Below are positions 61,001 to 64,000 of a stretch of 64,000 nt of DNA, piece after piece; the stretch's first letter is position 1; each line of letters begins with the position of its first letter. Where the stretch lies: assembly GCF_964204645.1 (NCBI RefSeq), contig NC_134027.1, positions 4,992,485 through 5,056,484 on the forward strand, given 5' to 3'. This stretch comes from Tubulanus polymorphus. Its lineage: Eukaryota; Animalia; Nemertea. Position numbers and translations under genes: made by a program. The notes under the pieces are model-generated. The model saw only the letters and a list, made by a program, of their open reading frames with translations, made no database searches and had not been told where the DNA came from.

Positions 61001-63349
61001 GGACTTCAGGTCGACGACGTAGACGTCTGGTGATAAACAGGTTTCGCCTGTGAAATCAGGCAGAACGCTGATAAAACTTCTCGCTTTCTCGAAGTCACTC
61101 CAGCGTAAAGCTAATTCACACATGTCTGTCGTGACTGTGTACTCTCGCTTGTGATACCGAATAAAACTGGGCTCGGAATACGAGTATTAGCGTCTCACCG
61201 ACAAAGACAACATTATCAATTCATGTCTGAATGTAAAATATGGTCGCGCAAAGAATTGTGATTCATGAAGATTACGTAAGAATGCGCTTTCTCAAACTCG
61301 ACGCGACTTTTTTCAGAAATATGACCGCTGTCGAATTTTTCCCTTCCGCGAATGATTAATTTATGGCATTGCATACGCCAGTCGTTTACTCATTGCAGAA
61401 ACAATCAAAAACAGAACACGCTGCCGGCCGCATCAGTCATGACTTGTGGATAATGTTTTTGACAGGAAAATCCGCGTAATACGGATGATGGTGTCAGTAA
61501 CACGTCCCCCGTACCTGACTTCATTAGCATACAATAGTAAAAAAGTTATTATTTCATGAATCTAGCCGATGTTGTGACGGCGTACGAGCGCGTCTAAGTC
61601 CGCGGATCTTCGCGCGATGACTCTACCACCGATCACCACGTGACGTACGCTACGTTTTGATGTCTCATCCTCCGGACCTGCCACATCTAATTCTCGGTTT
61701 AATTTTTATTATTAAGCGTCCGCCAGTTGCATACAAAGGATCGTCCTGCAACGTAAGATAACAATATTACGGCGCGTGAGTCACCAGTACGGAGCACGGC
61801 CATCGTGCGCTCACGCGTAACAACGTTATCCACCTCCCGAGGGACCGCTCTAAATATGGGCCTAACACTTCGTGCGGTTATTGCGATGAGTCTTTAATTT
61901 TGCAGACGTATTGCCAATAAGAAGGTAACTTGATGCGGTCTCTATGCTGATTTGTAGCACTTGTGTGTAAAATTAGCCAACTTGAAGACTAACATGTATA
62001 TACATCACAAACTAGTGCGTCCTGTTACAGTTATTACTGCAATTAATTTCCATATTTGATGATTTTGCGGCATTTGTTGCGTGAAGATTTTGGTATCTGT
62101 TATATTCCTCGATTCCATTCTCATCCTCTGTCATTATCAATAGCGTCAAGAAAATGATAGTCGGCCATTATCTCACAATTGATCTTTCTCTGGAGCGAAC
62201 AAACGCCATAGAAACTAATGTTAATTAAACAATGATTTACTGCTGTATTTAAATTGCTTTCTATTTCGTGAAATATCGCGCGCAATTTTTTGTTCTCGAC
62301 GTGTCAAGAATTTCCGCTCGTGTCAAATATATCCACAGATATGAATCTTCGATGCTTTGTACGAGGTGTGAGGCTATTTGTTTTACCAGACAATTACCGT
62401 CTTCTAATACGCGCTCGACTCAATTTTATGCATCTTTACCGTATTCATAACTTCCTTATTTTTCGATCGTTATTGTGCCATGAAAAGACATGAATGCGTG
62501 CTATCTAAATGTGTGGACTGCTAGACAGACTTGATCAGTCTCTTATCGGATGACACAGGCATGCAAATCGTGTTTTGCAATGGAAAATTAATGGTTGCGC
62601 ACTGCCCCGATGACAATCGTTTTCGCGCTTAAGGCGATTAGAAATTTTGTTTTTGCGTAGCAAAATCATATTAAACTCATCACAAAAACTTGTTTGCTTT
62701 TACATCGAGCTAAATCATCGAATAAAGAAATAAATCAAATTGTTTCATGTTTTCCTACAGTCGCGTGAAAACGAGTTGAATTTTTAGGCTTTTAATGGAG
62801 TAGCCTTTAAATGCAGTTTAGAGATGTATCCATAAGCTCGTGAAAGGGATTACCTAATGCTTTTGCAAATCATTGACATTTTACGTACCCAACCATGATT
62901 TGGATTTGAAAGATTTGACAAAAAATTGAATTACGATCCATACTGAGTGTAGAATCGTTTGTAACTGCTAAAGGTGGCATATTTGGTGTTAGTTTATCTG
63001 CGCTCACTGTGGCAGGTGCCCCTGGAGAATTTACTCAGGTAAATTATACTGACTCATCATCACTTAAACCAGACTTGTGAGTCTGCACGCTGAAAACTGC
63101 TCCAGACGACGGATGAAATTGTTGCCGCTCAAGGATTAATTATCAGCAGTGAACACGTAGGTTGATCTGAGAGTGAGCGTGTCTGTGACACTCACTCATA
63201 CGACTGAGAATCACAGACTGCGCCATCGTAAACACGAATCAACAACAATCTGTTGTTTACACTATGTGGTCGTCGCTGCTCCACACACAGATTCCATATT
63301 AATGTAGTTAACAACTTTTCTTGAAATTCGTCACTATCATAACTAGAAT

Positions 63350-63435
63350 CCAGTAAAACCCCATCCATACTCCTTTGGCAGGTATTCGAACCTGAACATG
63401 AGAAACCCTGCCAGAATAGGCTTAGTGCACTTTAT
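63350..63435 (-). mobile_element. Possible tRNA-derived SINE head
   Basis: Minus strand carries a B-box-like caGGTTCGAATACCtgcc; no cloverleaf could be built. Confidence 0.25.
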
Positions 63436-64000
63436 GAGTGTCATATTTTTGGTCAACGTTTTCGCTATTTTCATTTACCGAATTTAGAGTTGTCGCATTC
63501 TCAGGATATTTCGTCTCTGGCTCACGGGTTGAGAGGTGTTGGGGGTGGTATGCGAGATATGTTCGGAATTTTACGCCGGCTAATTGTGGTGTAAACATAG
63601 TTAATATCTAGTCATTTGTCACTGTTGTCCATCATCGACATACTTCATCGTAATCATGTCATTGTTAGACTCTGTAATTACGCTGTTCTTCATATATATA
63701 TATCGTCGTACAAAGCTTCCTTGACGTATTGCACAATGATCCAATCTTCTGTTCGCGGGCTCATCCCTACACAATAGACACGCGATCACTTCAAGAATGA
63801 TCCCCGAACCCCGCGGCATAAATCTTCACCGTCCTAAGATTGAACATTTTTCAATAAACCCCGGCGTTGTCGAAATGTGCAAATTGAATATATTGCGTCG
63901 CATTTAAATTTCCTCAAATGCCGAAAAAAGAGGTTGTTTCCATGGATTTAGGTATTTCTTAATCAAATAAATCATAAGTCTTTGATGAAATAGTTGTGCG

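Overview
AT-rich, intron-containing eukaryotic DNA, most consistent with a marine invertebrate (probably a spiralian); it is not prokaryotic and has no CRISPR or rRNA. Spliced genes resolved from GT-AG junctions and protein motifs are: a KCTD1/KCTD15 (Tiwaz)-like BTB gene (+), two tandem copies of ACSF3-like malonyl-CoA synthetase (-, one 5'-truncated), heat shock factor (-), two tandem SLC43A3-like MFS transporters (-), a small secreted antistasin-like Cys-rich gene (+) between them, and NUDT21/CPSF5 (+, terminal exon unresolved). Mobile DNA includes an 801-bp foldback element with a 6-bp TSD, a 1130-bp foldback element with an 8-bp TSD, a Helentron/HINE-type element carrying a ~154-bp satellite, and several MITEs. 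The most notable structures are: (1) a 3812-bp-period tandem duplication that starts inside the foldback element, removes the ACSF3 mitochondrial-presequence-like N-terminus, and has a junction carrying opposite-arm alleles; (2) a cluster of AP-2 consensus sites around the gene for an AP-2 inhibitor (KCTD1/15); (3) no canonical NUDT21 last exon, with a 36-nt candidate cassette exon downstream. All calls were made by eye; no database searches were run.
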